Shown here piece after piece: positions 34,612 through 42,106 of a stretch of DNA of 53,415 nt. Origin of the DNA: Candidatus Azambacteria bacterium RIFCSPLOWO2_01_FULL_44_84. GTDB lineage: Bacteria > Patescibacteriota > Minisyncoccia > UBA10092. Position 1 is the stretch's first letter. Each line of letters starts with the position of its first letter. The position numbers and the translations under genes were made by a program. The stretch is taken from contig MEYR01000005.1 of NCBI GenBank assembly GCA_001774075.1, forward strand, positions 1 through 53,415, written 5' to 3'. A model generated the notes under the pieces. The model had not been told where the DNA came from. It was given only the letters and a program-made list of their open reading frames with translations, and ran no database searches.

Positions 34612-35266
34612 CGGAAATTAGGGACACAAATAAAAATCCTTTATACTCTTTTTTGTCGAATTTATCACGGCTTCTTTTTATGTAAAGCCAAATACTGCCG
34701 CCAACCGGCGTAACAAGCCGGCCGCCGACTTTCAGCTCTTTTAGCCACGATTCCGGGACTGACGCGCCCGCGGCGGCAGCGATGATCCTGTCGTAAGGCG
34801 CGTGTTCCGCAAGGCCTTTGGTGGCATCTCCGCATATGACTTCCACAATGCCTTTTTTGATGAAATTATATTTAGCGATATTTGTGGTACCCCATTCAAA
34901 GAGCTCTTTTATTCTTTCCACGGCATATACTTTTCCTAAATTTTGATTTTTGATTTTTGATTTTTGAATTCCATTTTGACTTACAATGTAAGCCAAAATG
35001 GCTGTCTGCCAGCCGGAACCAAAACCAATCTCAAAAACCTTATTACCTGCCTCCGGTTGCAATAATTCAAGCATGAAAGCCACCGTGGTCGGTTGGGAAA
35101 TTGTCTGACCTTCGCCAATAGAGAGTGGCTCGTCAATATAAGCGAGCGCCTTTTCTCTCACAAAATTAGCGCGATCAACGCTTTTAAACGCCTCAATAAT
35201 TGACGGGGTCTTAAGAATGCCCCGTCTAATGATATCCTCGACAAACGGATTAATAGTTCTGCGCAT
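34601..35266 (-). CDS. pcm: protein-L-isoaspartate O-methyltransferase
   Basis: TISQPTTVAFMLELL, VFEIGFGSGWQTA and YDRIIAAAA...GGRLVTPVG motifs. Confidence 0.88.
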   Translation of the reverse strand: MRRTINPFVEDIIRRGILKTPSIIEAFKSVDRANFVREKALAYIDEPLSIGEGQTISQPTTVAFMLELLQPEAGNKVFEIGFGSGWQTAILAYIVSQNGIQKSKIKNQNLGKVYAVERIKELFEWGTTNIAKYNFIKKGIVEVICGDATKGLAEHAPYDRIIAAAAGASVPESWLKELKVGGRLVTPVGGSIWLYIKRSRDKFDKKEYKGFLFVSLISDES

Positions 35267-35309
35267 TAATTTAATAATATCAGCGGAATAAAAAAGGGCA
35301 ATTAGCCCC

Positions 35310-35792
35310 TTAATTTAACTTAAATCTCCTGATACGGATGCCGCCCCCGATCTCATCATTCAGGATCCGCCTTACGCGGGCCAGTTTTTCGGAACTACGC
35401 GCTTTGGTTTCTTCAGGAAGATCCCACTGCTTAAAAACTTCGACCATTTCAGTAAAATTACGCCGCCCTCCGAAAATCTCGTCAAAACACAACTTAAAAA
35501 TATTATAAATCAAGCCGTCCAGAATGCCATTTTCGTCGCACATCTTTCTCAAATGCCTGATTTGCTCTTCGGGAGTGCGATTGCCAAAAATAGTATGAAA
35601 ATAATTATGAGTCCTTATCGGAACTCTTATGACAATCCAATTACCTAAAAGTTTTGCTCGATACTTTCTGGGAATGCGCGAACGAGGATAAACATGATGT
35701 AAATTTGAGTGGCAATTTTGGTCGTGATTCTTGGGTTGACCCAAAACGTCCCTCTTTTTGTATAAAAAGAACCATAGTAATCCTAATAACAT
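35310..35792 (-). CDS. small HNH/His-Me-finger-like protein
   Basis: NLHHVYPRSR ... NWIVIRVPIRTHNYFH fits the HH..P.S ... N ... H..H pattern. The start is set at the ATG 7 nt after GGAGG. Confidence 0.5.
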   Translation of the reverse strand: MLLGLLWFFLYKKRDVLGQPKNHDQNCHSNLHHVYPRSRIPRKYRAKLLGNWIVIRVPIRTHNYFHTIFGNRTPEEQIRHLRKMCDENGILDGLIYNIFKLCFDEIFGGRRNFTEMVEVFKQWDLPEETKARSSEKLARVRRILNDEIGGGIRIRRFKLN

Positions 35793-35814
35793 AATTGAGC
35801 CTCCCATAGCAAGA

Positions 35815-35843
35815 ATAAAAAATAACCCGTTAATCGGGTTATT
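35815..35843 (-). terminator. rho-independent terminator after the 711-aa gene
   Basis: Minus strand AATAACCCG-atta-aCGGGTTATT-TTTTATT. Confidence 0.65.
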
Positions 35844-35861
35844 TTGAATTTTCTTTCTTGA

Positions 35862-35916
35862 CCCGTTAGAAGTCCGACAAGTCGGCAGACGCTGTCGGCG
35901 TCTTACTTCTAACGGG
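35862..35916. repeat. palindromic element CCCGTTAGAAG...CTTCTAACGGG, copy 3 (55 nt, inverted relative to copy 1)
   Basis: cccgttagaagtccgacaagtcggcagacgctgtcggcgtcttacttctaacggg. The TAG stop of the 711-aa gene lies in its right arm. Confidence 0.8.
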
Positions 35917-38044
35917 TCTCGCCGCCGTTGGCATCTCCGACGGACATATCAGGAAACACGTACTTCCTGTAAAAGCTGGCAATCGGCTCGGGCAGATCGA
36001 GCTCCTTAGTATAAGGAGCGTAATTGTAATACTTAGCACGCGCGCTAGTGATGCGATTCGCCGTATCAACGGTGTACTCCATAATCCACATGCCGATCCA
36101 AGGATGAAGCGCCTTGCGATCCATGTAATCCAAGGTTTGTTCCTGAAAGCAAGGTACGCAGATGACGGCAACGCCGGCGCTAAACTGCCAGTTGGCGACA
36201 TGCCAGTTGCCAAAAGCCAGAACGTGGCACATTTCTTTACCGCCGCGCGAAACAATACGCTGAATTTCGGCTTCAATGTGTTTTTGGCCTCCGTAAGTAA
36301 GCGCGTAGCCCGGCCCTCCGCCAGGGTGTTTGAGCGTAAACTTCATGCCATTGATCTCAACTGCGCCGCGGAGATGGCCAAGATACTTAATATCCGGCCG
36401 GGCGGCGGAAAAAATGCGCCGATAGAAGTTAGCTCCGACCTTACCAGCGAAAGAGTCATGATCTCCGCTGATGCTAAACTGCGGAAACGAAGCCTTCGGA
36501 TGGCGATCCGCCGCGTAAAGCATCTGGCCTTCAACGTTGGGAATAATCACCTTATTCTTGTTAGCCGGATGGTCGAACAGACCGGCGGTCATATCGCCGG
36601 TATCAAACATAACTGCGATCTTTTCCTCTTCAGCATTGCGGTAAGCCATGTCAACGCAAGAGGGCTGGCCGTCACCACTAGCATAATGCTTGTCGCTAGT
36701 GTAGCCAGTCTTAAGCTTCTTATGAAACACCGTCTTGAGATCAAGCGGCTTGAAGCTGGTTTTGGGACTCAAGACAAGAGTAAACTGCTTTGAATCAGCC
36801 TGCTCGGCATTGGAAGGGGTAAGAATCTTATAATTAGAGTCTTGCAGATTGCCAATAATCTCCCAAACCTTATCCTTATGGATTTTGAGATTCCGTGAAA
36901 GTTCACCTTCGGTCCGCGGTCGTTCACTTAGAAGCTCAACAACGGCGATCTGATTTTTCGTGAGCGATTCTTTGATCTTGACCTCTGCCAAGTAATCATC
37001 GGGCTGCTGATAATCGGTCAGATTGACGAGCTCAACCTCAATGCCGTTTTCCTTTAGGTGCCACTTGTCATCGAAATGCAAGTGCAAAATCACGCCACCG
37101 ATAATCGGAGCAAATCCCCGGCGCCGGCGCGACCTTTGATGAGGCGTCATCGCCTGCAGAGTAGGCGCAAGAAACCCGCGGGTAATCATATAAATTGGCA
37201 GGTCCGCGAACATGTGCGTTCCGAATAGCGCTAAAACCTTCTTATCGCTTTCGCCGCCCTTAAATTCCTCGCCGAAAGTGTTTTCCATAATCCGCTGAAG
37301 CGGCAAGCTCTTGGCATAAGGCGCGTAATCTTCGCCGGGATTGGTCGCCAAAATCCGAACATCTTTAATGAAAAACGACGCGGAAAGATCGCCACGGTAG
37401 ATAAGATCGTCACGAGAATCATCGCCGCAAATACCGCGCACAATATTATAAGCGGGATTTTCCTTATCTTTCGAAGAAAGGTCCCTCTTGCCGGAAATAA
37501 TATAGGTCTTAAAGCGGGCTTTGGGGAAATGTTTCAGAACATAATCCCGCTGCTGTTCTGGGGGTCCAAGAAATACTTCACCCTGGCGGCGCTTGGGCAT
37601 AATGCCGGCCGTCAGGTCGGAACCGACTGCAAAGTCAACTCCCGCCGCCTCGAAATAGGCATAAAGAGTATGCAGAGCCGTCCACTGGGCGAACTTACTG
37701 CCAGCGACTACACTTGACCAGAATCCAACCTTGTAAGTGTGCCTATAGATGGGATCTTTAATGACTCTTTTTTCCGGGTCAATGAGTAAAGGCTGAAGCG
37801 TAGTGGGATCTTTCTTAAGACCAACCTGCTTGGTTGCCCTGTCAAGATTAATGTCATACCCTTTGCGCATCAAAGCATCGACAAGGCGAACTGCCTCTTC
37901 TTCAGAGGTTTTTGGCTTGGTGCTGTCGGCAATGCCCGGAATGCTCCAAGCCTGCCTCTTAAGATATTTCAGAACTTCCGCTTCCCGCGCGGTTAACTTG
38001 TTGCTTAATTTGGCCTTTCCATTACCATTTTTCTTGGACGCCAT
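35909..38044 (-). CDS. 711-aa protein: N-terminal HTH, degenerate metallophosphoesterase-like domain, wHTH, second metallophosphoesterase-like domain with intact motifs
   Basis: Copy 2 motifs are SDKH (DxH, aa 450-453), TGDMTAG (GD, 482-488), SGDHD (GNHD-like, 526-530), KHPGG (572-576) and FGNWH (611-615). Copy 1 aligns (FAVGSDLTAG, IISGKRD, LFGTHMF) but lacks the DxH and GNH ligands. A wHTH lies at about aa 362-405. Confidence 0.6.
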   Translation of the reverse strand: MASKKNGNGKAKLSNKLTAREAEVLKYLKRQAWSIPGIADSTKPKTSEEEAVRLVDALMRKGYDINLDRATKQVGLKKDPTTLQPLLIDPEKRVIKDPIYRHTYKVGFWSSVVAGSKFAQWTALHTLYAYFEAAGVDFAVGSDLTAGIMPKRRQGEVFLGPPEQQRDYVLKHFPKARFKTYIISGKRDLSSKDKENPAYNIVRGICGDDSRDDLIYRGDLSASFFIKDVRILATNPGEDYAPYAKSLPLQRIMENTFGEEFKGGESDKKVLALFGTHMFADLPIYMITRGFLAPTLQAMTPHQRSRRRRGFAPIIGGVILHLHFDDKWHLKENGIEVELVNLTDYQQPDDYLAEVKIKESLTKNQIAVVELLSERPRTEGELSRNLKIHKDKVWEIIGNLQDSNYKILTPSNAEQADSKQFTLVLSPKTSFKPLDLKTVFHKKLKTGYTSDKHYASGDGQPSCVDMAYRNAEEEKIAVMFDTGDMTAGLFDHPANKNKVIIPNVEGQMLYAADRHPKASFPQFSISGDHDSFAGKVGANFYRRIFSAARPDIKYLGHLRGAVEINGMKFTLKHPGGGPGYALTYGGQKHIEAEIQRIVSRGGKEMCHVLAFGNWHVANWQFSAGVAVICVPCFQEQTLDYMDRKALHPWIGMWIMEYTVDTANRITSARAKYYNYAPYTKELDLPEPIASFYRKYVFPDMSVGDANGGETR

Positions 38045-38095
38045 TGTCAGCTCTCGTTTCGTTTTTTAAAATTTTAAAGATCGTGAAGTATTAGA

Positions 38096-38124
38096 AGTTT
38101 ATAAGTTAAATATATTTATGTCAA
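38096..38124 (-). promoter_or_regulatory. sigma70-like promoter for the 711-aa gene
   Basis: Minus strand TTGACA, 17 nt, TAAACT, about 50 nt upstream of the ATG. Confidence 0.4.
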
Positions 38125-38150
38125 TAAAAAATCCCGTCAAAAACGGGATT
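38125..38150 (-). terminator. rho-independent terminator after the guaB remnant
   Basis: Minus strand ATCCCGT-ttttg-ACGGGAT-TTTTTTATTG. Confidence 0.6.
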
Positions 38151-38436
38151 AAACTATTTCAATATCGTGAGGCTTGGATTCTTCCCGGGCAGCGCGGCTG
38201 ATTCTGGTGAATTTCCGGAAAAATGGCCTTTGGGGGTCCGAGATATCGGCAGCGCCGACATAAATCATGCCACTCCTCAGTCCGCTTACCAACTCGCTTA
38301 ATACTTGTTCTGTGGACCCGCGATAAGCCACGCGTCCCCTGATTCCTTCGGGTGCAATCTGATCCTTTACGCCTGAATTAAGAAATTTTTCGCCTCTTAA
38401 CTCAACATTCTGGACAGCAAGCGGAGCTGCAGCTAT
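38149..38436 (-). pseudogene. guaB: 3' remnant of IMP dehydrogenase (last ~85-95 codons only)
   Basis: The open frame reads ...QIAPEGIRGRVAYRGSTEQVLSELVSGLRSGMIYVGA...FTRISRAAREESKPHDIEIV. This matches the IMPDH C-terminus pattern (VPEGIEGRVAYKG ... GGLRS.MGY.G ... FVRIS.AG..ES..HDV). There is no ATG and no catalytic barrel upstream. Confidence 0.75.
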
Positions 38437-38447
38437 TTAATAATTTC

Positions 38448-39119
38448 CTACCGTAAGAAAAGTATTTTCGCTTTTGACCAGTTGAAAAAAATTAAACCTC
38501 CGATTAAGATTGAGCCAAAGGTGCCGGAAAACACATCCATTAAAGTATCCGCACCAGTAGATACCAGAGGGTCGCCAAACATCGCGAGATTAAACCGGGG
38601 ATAGCTTATATACTCAAAAAACTCCCACACTAACGCGATTATGACACCTCCCATAATCATCCACAAAAACGCTTGAAAACGGCTAATCGTAAAAATGGAA
38701 TTTTTCTCAAAATATAAAAAACCTAAAAAAATCAGAAACGCTAAAAGCGCGCCAAACATAAAATGCATTATCCAATCAAAATATGATATTTTGACATTAA
38801 GCCAGGTCGCGTCAAAAAATTCCATTAAAAAAAGTGCCGACGCTGAGGATTCGAGTGTTTTTAATGTGCGCAATGAAAAATAACGGTGAAAAGCGAGGTG
38901 GTTAAAAAATAAGCGTGGCGCAAAAAATAAGACAGGCGCTACGACCATATAATTAAACCCCCAACTGCCGCGCTCAATTAAAAAATAAAATACTCCAAGA
39001 GCTACGGATATAGAGATTAAAGCATTCACGCTTAATCTTAAAAACCCCTTTTTATATTTTTCGTATTCGCTTCCCATATAAACTCTATAATTATATAAAT
39101 AAAAATTAATAAATTGCAA
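38448..39119 (-). CDS. multi-pass membrane protein (223 aa)
   Basis: ORF with 6-7 hydrophobic helices and no motif. Confidence 0.55.
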   Translation of the reverse strand: MQFINFYLYNYRVYMGSEYEKYKKGFLRLSVNALISISVALGVFYFLIERGSWGFNYMVVAPVLFFAPRLFFNHLAFHRYFSLRTLKTLESSASALFLMEFFDATWLNVKISYFDWIMHFMFGALLAFLIFLGFLYFEKNSIFTISRFQAFLWMIMGGVIIALVWEFFEYISYPRFNLAMFGDPLVSTGADTLMDVFSGTFGSILIGGLIFFNWSKAKILFLR

Positions 39120-39136
39120 ATAAAAAACCGGCTTGA

Positions 39137-39565
39137 TTATAAGCTATAAGCCGGTTTTGCTTTTAGGGCCACTTTGAGCGTCTTTATTTCTGCTCTCAAA
39201 TTATCACGGCAGGCTTTACAAGAAGCATAGCGTTCATGGAGCGTGCCCGGATAAAGTTTGCCGTTATTAAACTTTTCAAGTCCGCCTTTTTCGTCCGGAA
39301 TCCAAACAATGTCATCGCAGGATATAATGCCATTTTTGACGTTAAAACAACAGATCGCCGGCGCCTGAATATTTCCTTGCGGATCGCGCGCTTTCAAGAT
39401 TTCTTCGGCATAATCTAAAAAAAATTCCGCGCCATGCCTATCGCCGATCTCAAGCGAAGAATTAGCTCCGCTTACGGCAGTGTAGATGTTCACCCTACCT
39501 CCCAACTTACTATAAGAACAAAGAAGAAGTAGCACAAAAAGAAGAAGTAGCACAAGATGTGCCAT
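39137..39565 (-). CDS. secreted or lipoprotein-like Cys-containing protein (142 aa)
   Basis: Signal peptide MAHLVLLLLFVLLLLCS, whose coding DNA contains a tandem duplication (agaagaagtagcacaa twice). Confidence 0.5.
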   Translation of the reverse strand: MAHLVLLLLFVLLLLCSYSKLGGRVNIYTAVSGANSSLEIGDRHGAEFFLDYAEEILKARDPQGNIQAPAICCFNVKNGIISCDDIVWIPDEKGGLEKFNNGKLYPGTLHERYASCKACRDNLRAEIKTLKVALKAKPAYSL

Positions 39566-39586
39566 TCGTCAAGGTTTGGTGTACAG

Positions 39587-39657
39587 CAGGGGTTGAGGGA
39601 ATCGAACCCCCATTAATGGTTTTGGAGACCATCGTTTTGCCATTAAACTAAACCCCC
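39587..39657 (-). tRNA. tRNA-Trp (anticodon CCA)
   Basis: Minus strand GGGGGTT-TA-GTTT-AATGGCA-AAAC-G-ATGGT-CTCCAAA-ACCAT-TAAT-GGGGG-TTCGATT-CCCTC-AACCCCT-G. Confidence 0.85.
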
Positions 39658-39721
39658 TTAATATATTTTCTCAAATATTTTAACACAAATCTGGTTAAAA
39701 TTAAACCCCGCAATGCGGGGA

Positions 39722-40120
39722 TTATGATTCTGCTTCCCAAGGGAAAATAATGAATTGGTCTTCCGGCTTTTCGTGATACCACATATTAGGAGTAACGATC
39801 TTGCTTCTTCGGGGGTTAAACCAAAGCGCAAAAATATAGTTCTTCCCGAAAAACGGCGCCGATGTTGATCCGGAATCAACAATATCATCCACTATTAGAG
39901 TGTCAGCATCAAAAGAATGATACAAAAGCGGAATACCAAGATGATGTGACAGACATACTGCCAATATCAGCCCTCCCCGAGGCATGCCGCAAACACCGTT
40001 GAAAACCAATCCTTTTTCTCGGACTTCATTTACAAACCGCCTGGTATCGTGGTCAAAAGCCGACCATGTATAGTAAAGATTCTTTCGTTCACGCTCGTAG
40101 TCTCGTAGAATTGTCGCCAC
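39722..40120 (-). CDS. small phosphoribosyltransferase (purine PRT-like)
   Basis: PRPP loop LIVDDIVDSGST. No in-frame ATG precedes the domain, so a GTG start at 40120 is proposed. The upstream part of the 211-aa track ORF covers rpmG and hairpin DNA. Confidence 0.65.
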   Translation of the reverse strand: MATILRDYERERKNLYYTWSAFDHDTRRFVNEVREKGLVFNGVCGMPRGGLILAVCLSHHLGIPLLYHSFDADTLIVDDIVDSGSTSAPFFGKNYIFALWFNPRRSKIVTPNMWYHEKPEDQFIIFPWEAES

Positions 40121-40196
40121 CCTTCGCCCCCATCCGGTATTTATAAATGTCCTATTTTTTAGCCTCTTTGTGCGCTGTTCTCTTTTTACACCATTT

Positions 40197-40251
40197 GTCC
40201 CGATTTTGTATCCAAATCTTTGATTTGGATACAAAATCGAGGATCCTCGAC
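40197..40251 (-). repeat. hairpin element X, copy 2
   Basis: tcccgattttgtatccaaatc-ttt-gatttggatacaaaatcgaggatcctcga has an 18-bp perfect stem plus the same 14-nt TCGAGGATCCTCGA palindrome as copy 1. Confidence 0.65.
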
Positions 40252-40280
40252 CCACGACTAAAGTCTGAGTCGGGACAGAA

Positions 40281-40439
40281 TCATTTTTTCCCTTCCTTGT
40301 GTGAGGTTCTTTTTTTGCACCATTTGCAAAATTTCTTGAACTCAAGCTTGCGCTCAACCAACTTCTTATTTTTGGTCGTCCAATAATTCACTCTTTTGCA
40401 AACCGTGCATTGCATTTTTATAAGATTTTCCTGTGACAT
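40281..40439 (-). CDS. rpmG: 50S ribosomal protein L33 (52 aa; absent from the ORF track)
   Basis: Minus-strand translation MSQENLIKMQCTVCKRVNYWTTKNKKLVERKLEFKKFCKWCKKRTSHKEGKK shows the L33 pattern C..C..NY.T.KN...KLE.KK.C..C...T.H.E.K. Confidence 0.85.
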   Translation of the reverse strand: MSQENLIKMQCTVCKRVNYWTTKNKKLVERKLEFKKFCKWCKKRTSHKEGKK

Positions 40440-40475
40440 TTTTTCTAAATTCTAGATTCTTAATTCTAATCTCGG

Positions 40476-40737
40476 AGCCAACGGCCGGATTTGAACCGGC
40501 GACCTACTCCTTCGCTTTAACTCTCCCAGAAAGTCACGGCAAGAGAGGACCAGACTGTATCTTGAGCATGCCTTAAAAAAGGCGAAGCTCCCCTTGTCAG
40601 TCGTTCGGGCGCCGAAAGCGCCACGGTCTTAGCCCCGTGAAGCCTTTAACCGTTATTCGGGATTCACTAAAAAATTTCTTCTTTAATGGGCAGATTTTTC
40701 CACCATGGAGTTGCTCTACCAGCTGAGCTACGTTGGC
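40476..40737 (-). tRNA. tRNA-Thr (anticodon GGU) interrupted by a 189-nt group I intron after position 36
   Basis: Exons join to GCCAACG-TA-GCTC-AGCTGGTA-GAGC-A-ACTCC-ATGGTAA-GGAGT-AGGTC-GCCGG-TTCAAAT-CCGGC-CGTTGGC-T. The 5' exon ends in U and the intron ends in G. Confidence 0.85.
40513..40701 (-). ncRNA. group I intron in the tRNA-Thr anticodon loop
   Basis: P7 is GACTG/CAGTC with J8/7 AAGATA (CTCAAGATACAGTCTGGTCC, compare the Tetrahymena core AAGATATAGTCGGACC). The P2 hairpin TTAAAGAAGAAATTTTTTAGTG resembles the cyanobacterial tRNA-Leu intron. P8 is GAGCTTCGCC/GGCATGCTC, followed by a P9 hairpin and a terminal G. Confidence 0.8.
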
Positions 40738-40799
40738 CTATACTCATTATTAAAACCTAATTTCCCCAATTCGTCCACTATAATATTTTTAACTTCTAC

Positions 40800-40888
40800 T
40801 GGTGCGCAGAGTGAGAGTCGAACTCACGGGGCCCATATAGAGCAACGGTTTTACAGACCGCTCCCGCCCCCTACGGGACTACCTGCGC
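40800..40888 (-). tRNA. tRNA-Tyr (anticodon GUA), long variable arm, CCA encoded
   Basis: Minus strand GCGCAGG...GCGGT-CTGTAAA-ACCGT...GTGAG-TTCGACT-CTCAC-TCTGCGC-ACCA. Confidence 0.8.
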
Positions 40889-40906
40889 AAATTTTTAAGA
40901 GACCTG

Positions 40907-40978
40907 AGCCGGAGAGAGGATTCGAACCCCCGACCTTCACTTTACAAAAGTGTTGCTCTACCACTGAGCTACTCCGGC
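40907..40978 (-). tRNA. tRNA-Thr (anticodon UGU)
   Basis: Minus strand GCCGGAG-TA-GCTC-AGTGGTA-GAGC-A-ACACT-TTTGTAA-AGTGA-AGGTC-GGGGG-TTCGAAT-CCTCT-CTCCGGC-T. Confidence 0.85.
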
Positions 40979-41019
40979 AATCCTATTGCCATATATGGAA
41001 TACTAAGTTAGAAATTTAT

Positions 41020-41502
41020 TTACAATATTTGTCTCTTTTTCAAGTAAATATTTCTCCAACTTCTTCCTTTGCCCCTATTCAGATTCCTAAAACTAGAAGT
41101 TAGCGCGTGGCAATTTGGACACAGTAGTCTTAAGTTATTTTCAGAATTATTATCGGCATTTCCGTCAATGTGATCAATCTCTAAAGGCACTCTATTAGTG
41201 TGCGCATTCTTCTGGTCCCAGCCGCATTGCAAACATTCTTCGCCGTTTTTTTCTACTAGAAATCTAAGCAGATGTCTTGATATATTTTTTGCATTAATGC
41301 CCCTATTCCCGTTCTCTTCACCCTTACGCCAAGCAGATATATATTGCTTATATTGATAATCAGTCTGGCAACGATTAGAGCAATATTTGCTGGCATACCT
41401 TTTCCTCGGCTTTTTGCATTCTATACATAGATTCATCAGTAAAGTATACCACATGTCAGCCAACAATCGGTATAAACAGACGGGGTGTTTTTTCTCTACC
41501 AT
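41020..41502 (-). CDS. free-standing HNH endonuclease with an N-terminal zinc ribbon
   Basis: CIECKK...CSNRC ribbon and HNH core CLQCGWD...LEIDHIDGNADNNSENNLRLLCPNCHA. The start may be the internal MNLCIEC. Confidence 0.8.
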   Translation of the reverse strand: MVEKKHPVCLYRLLADMWYTLLMNLCIECKKPRKRYASKYCSNRCQTDYQYKQYISAWRKGEENGNRGINAKNISRHLLRFLVEKNGEECLQCGWDQKNAHTNRVPLEIDHIDGNADNNSENNLRLLCPNCHALTSSFRNLNRGKGRSWRNIYLKKRQIL

Positions 41503-41506
41503 TTCG

Positions 41507-41986
41507 CTACGCTGGCAAATCGGTTTTTTTGTTTCTTTTTTTAGAGCTAACTTCGGTTTCTGTTTTCTTTTCGGATACTGCTTCGTTGACTGCCGAAACC
41601 GACTTAATATCTATCGGCTTAGCTTCCGCGACGATAATTTTCGTCTCCACAGTCCCGTGGTTAGCGATATCATGCCAAAAATTATCGGTTTTAATCTCTG
41701 CTTCTTCCGGCTTTTTGCTATTTTTAATTTTTCCTATCATGCCCATCAGAAGATTATCGGTTTTTAATAACAGACGCCTGGCTTTATGCAAAGATTTTTC
41801 CGCAACAAGCCCTCCCTTTATTTTCATATCAAAAAACCGCACGCGCTCCCCTAAATAATCAAATAGTCGCCAGTTTTTTTCTTGATTTTCTTGGAGTATT
41901 TCGATTTCTGAAACCCGGCGTGACACTATATAAAGCAAAAGCCCGAGCGATACGATGATTAGCGATATGGGTATAATACTGAACAT
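41507..41986 (-). CDS. membrane-anchored hypothetical protein (159 aa)
   Basis: N-terminal TM helix and a charged tail; ORF only. Confidence 0.5.
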   Translation of the reverse strand: MFSIIPISLIIVSLGLLLYIVSRRVSEIEILQENQEKNWRLFDYLGERVRFFDMKIKGGLVAEKSLHKARRLLLKTDNLLMGMIGKIKNSKKPEEAEIKTDNFWHDIANHGTVETKIIVAEAKPIDIKSVSAVNEAVSEKKTETEVSSKKRNKKTDLPA

Positions 41987-41989
41987 AAA

Positions 41990-42103
41990 ACGCTTCGCTT
42001 AATAATCCGAATTATCATCCTAATATCCGAATATTCCGAATGGATTTTATGAGATTTATTCGGGTTATTCGGATAGAAATTCTAATCATTCGGATTATGA
42101 TAA
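41990..42103. repeat. ~115-bp CCGAAT/ATTCGG-rich dyad repeat, copy 1
   Basis: acgcttcgcttaataatccgaatt...atatccgaatattccgaatgg...ttattcggata...cattcggattatga is about 85% identical by eye to 46852-46970. Confidence 0.75.
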
Positions 42104-42106
42104 TAT

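Noticed and set aside
35866-36793. ORFs 35866-36276 (minus, 136 aa), 36104-36793 (plus, 229 aa) and other ORFs internal to 35909-38044
   Set aside because: They are alternative frames of the GC-richer 711-aa gene. That gene's own frame shows the internally duplicated phosphoesterase motifs.
39722-40357. 211-aa version of the phosphoribosyltransferase ORF
   Set aside because: Its N-terminal 78 codons overlap rpmG (in another frame) and the hairpin X DNA. The PRT domain starts after a GTG at 40120.
40705-41103. 132-aa plus-strand ORF
   Set aside because: It lies antisense across tRNA-Thr(GGU), tRNA-Tyr and tRNA-Thr(UGU), so it is an artefact of tRNA sequence.
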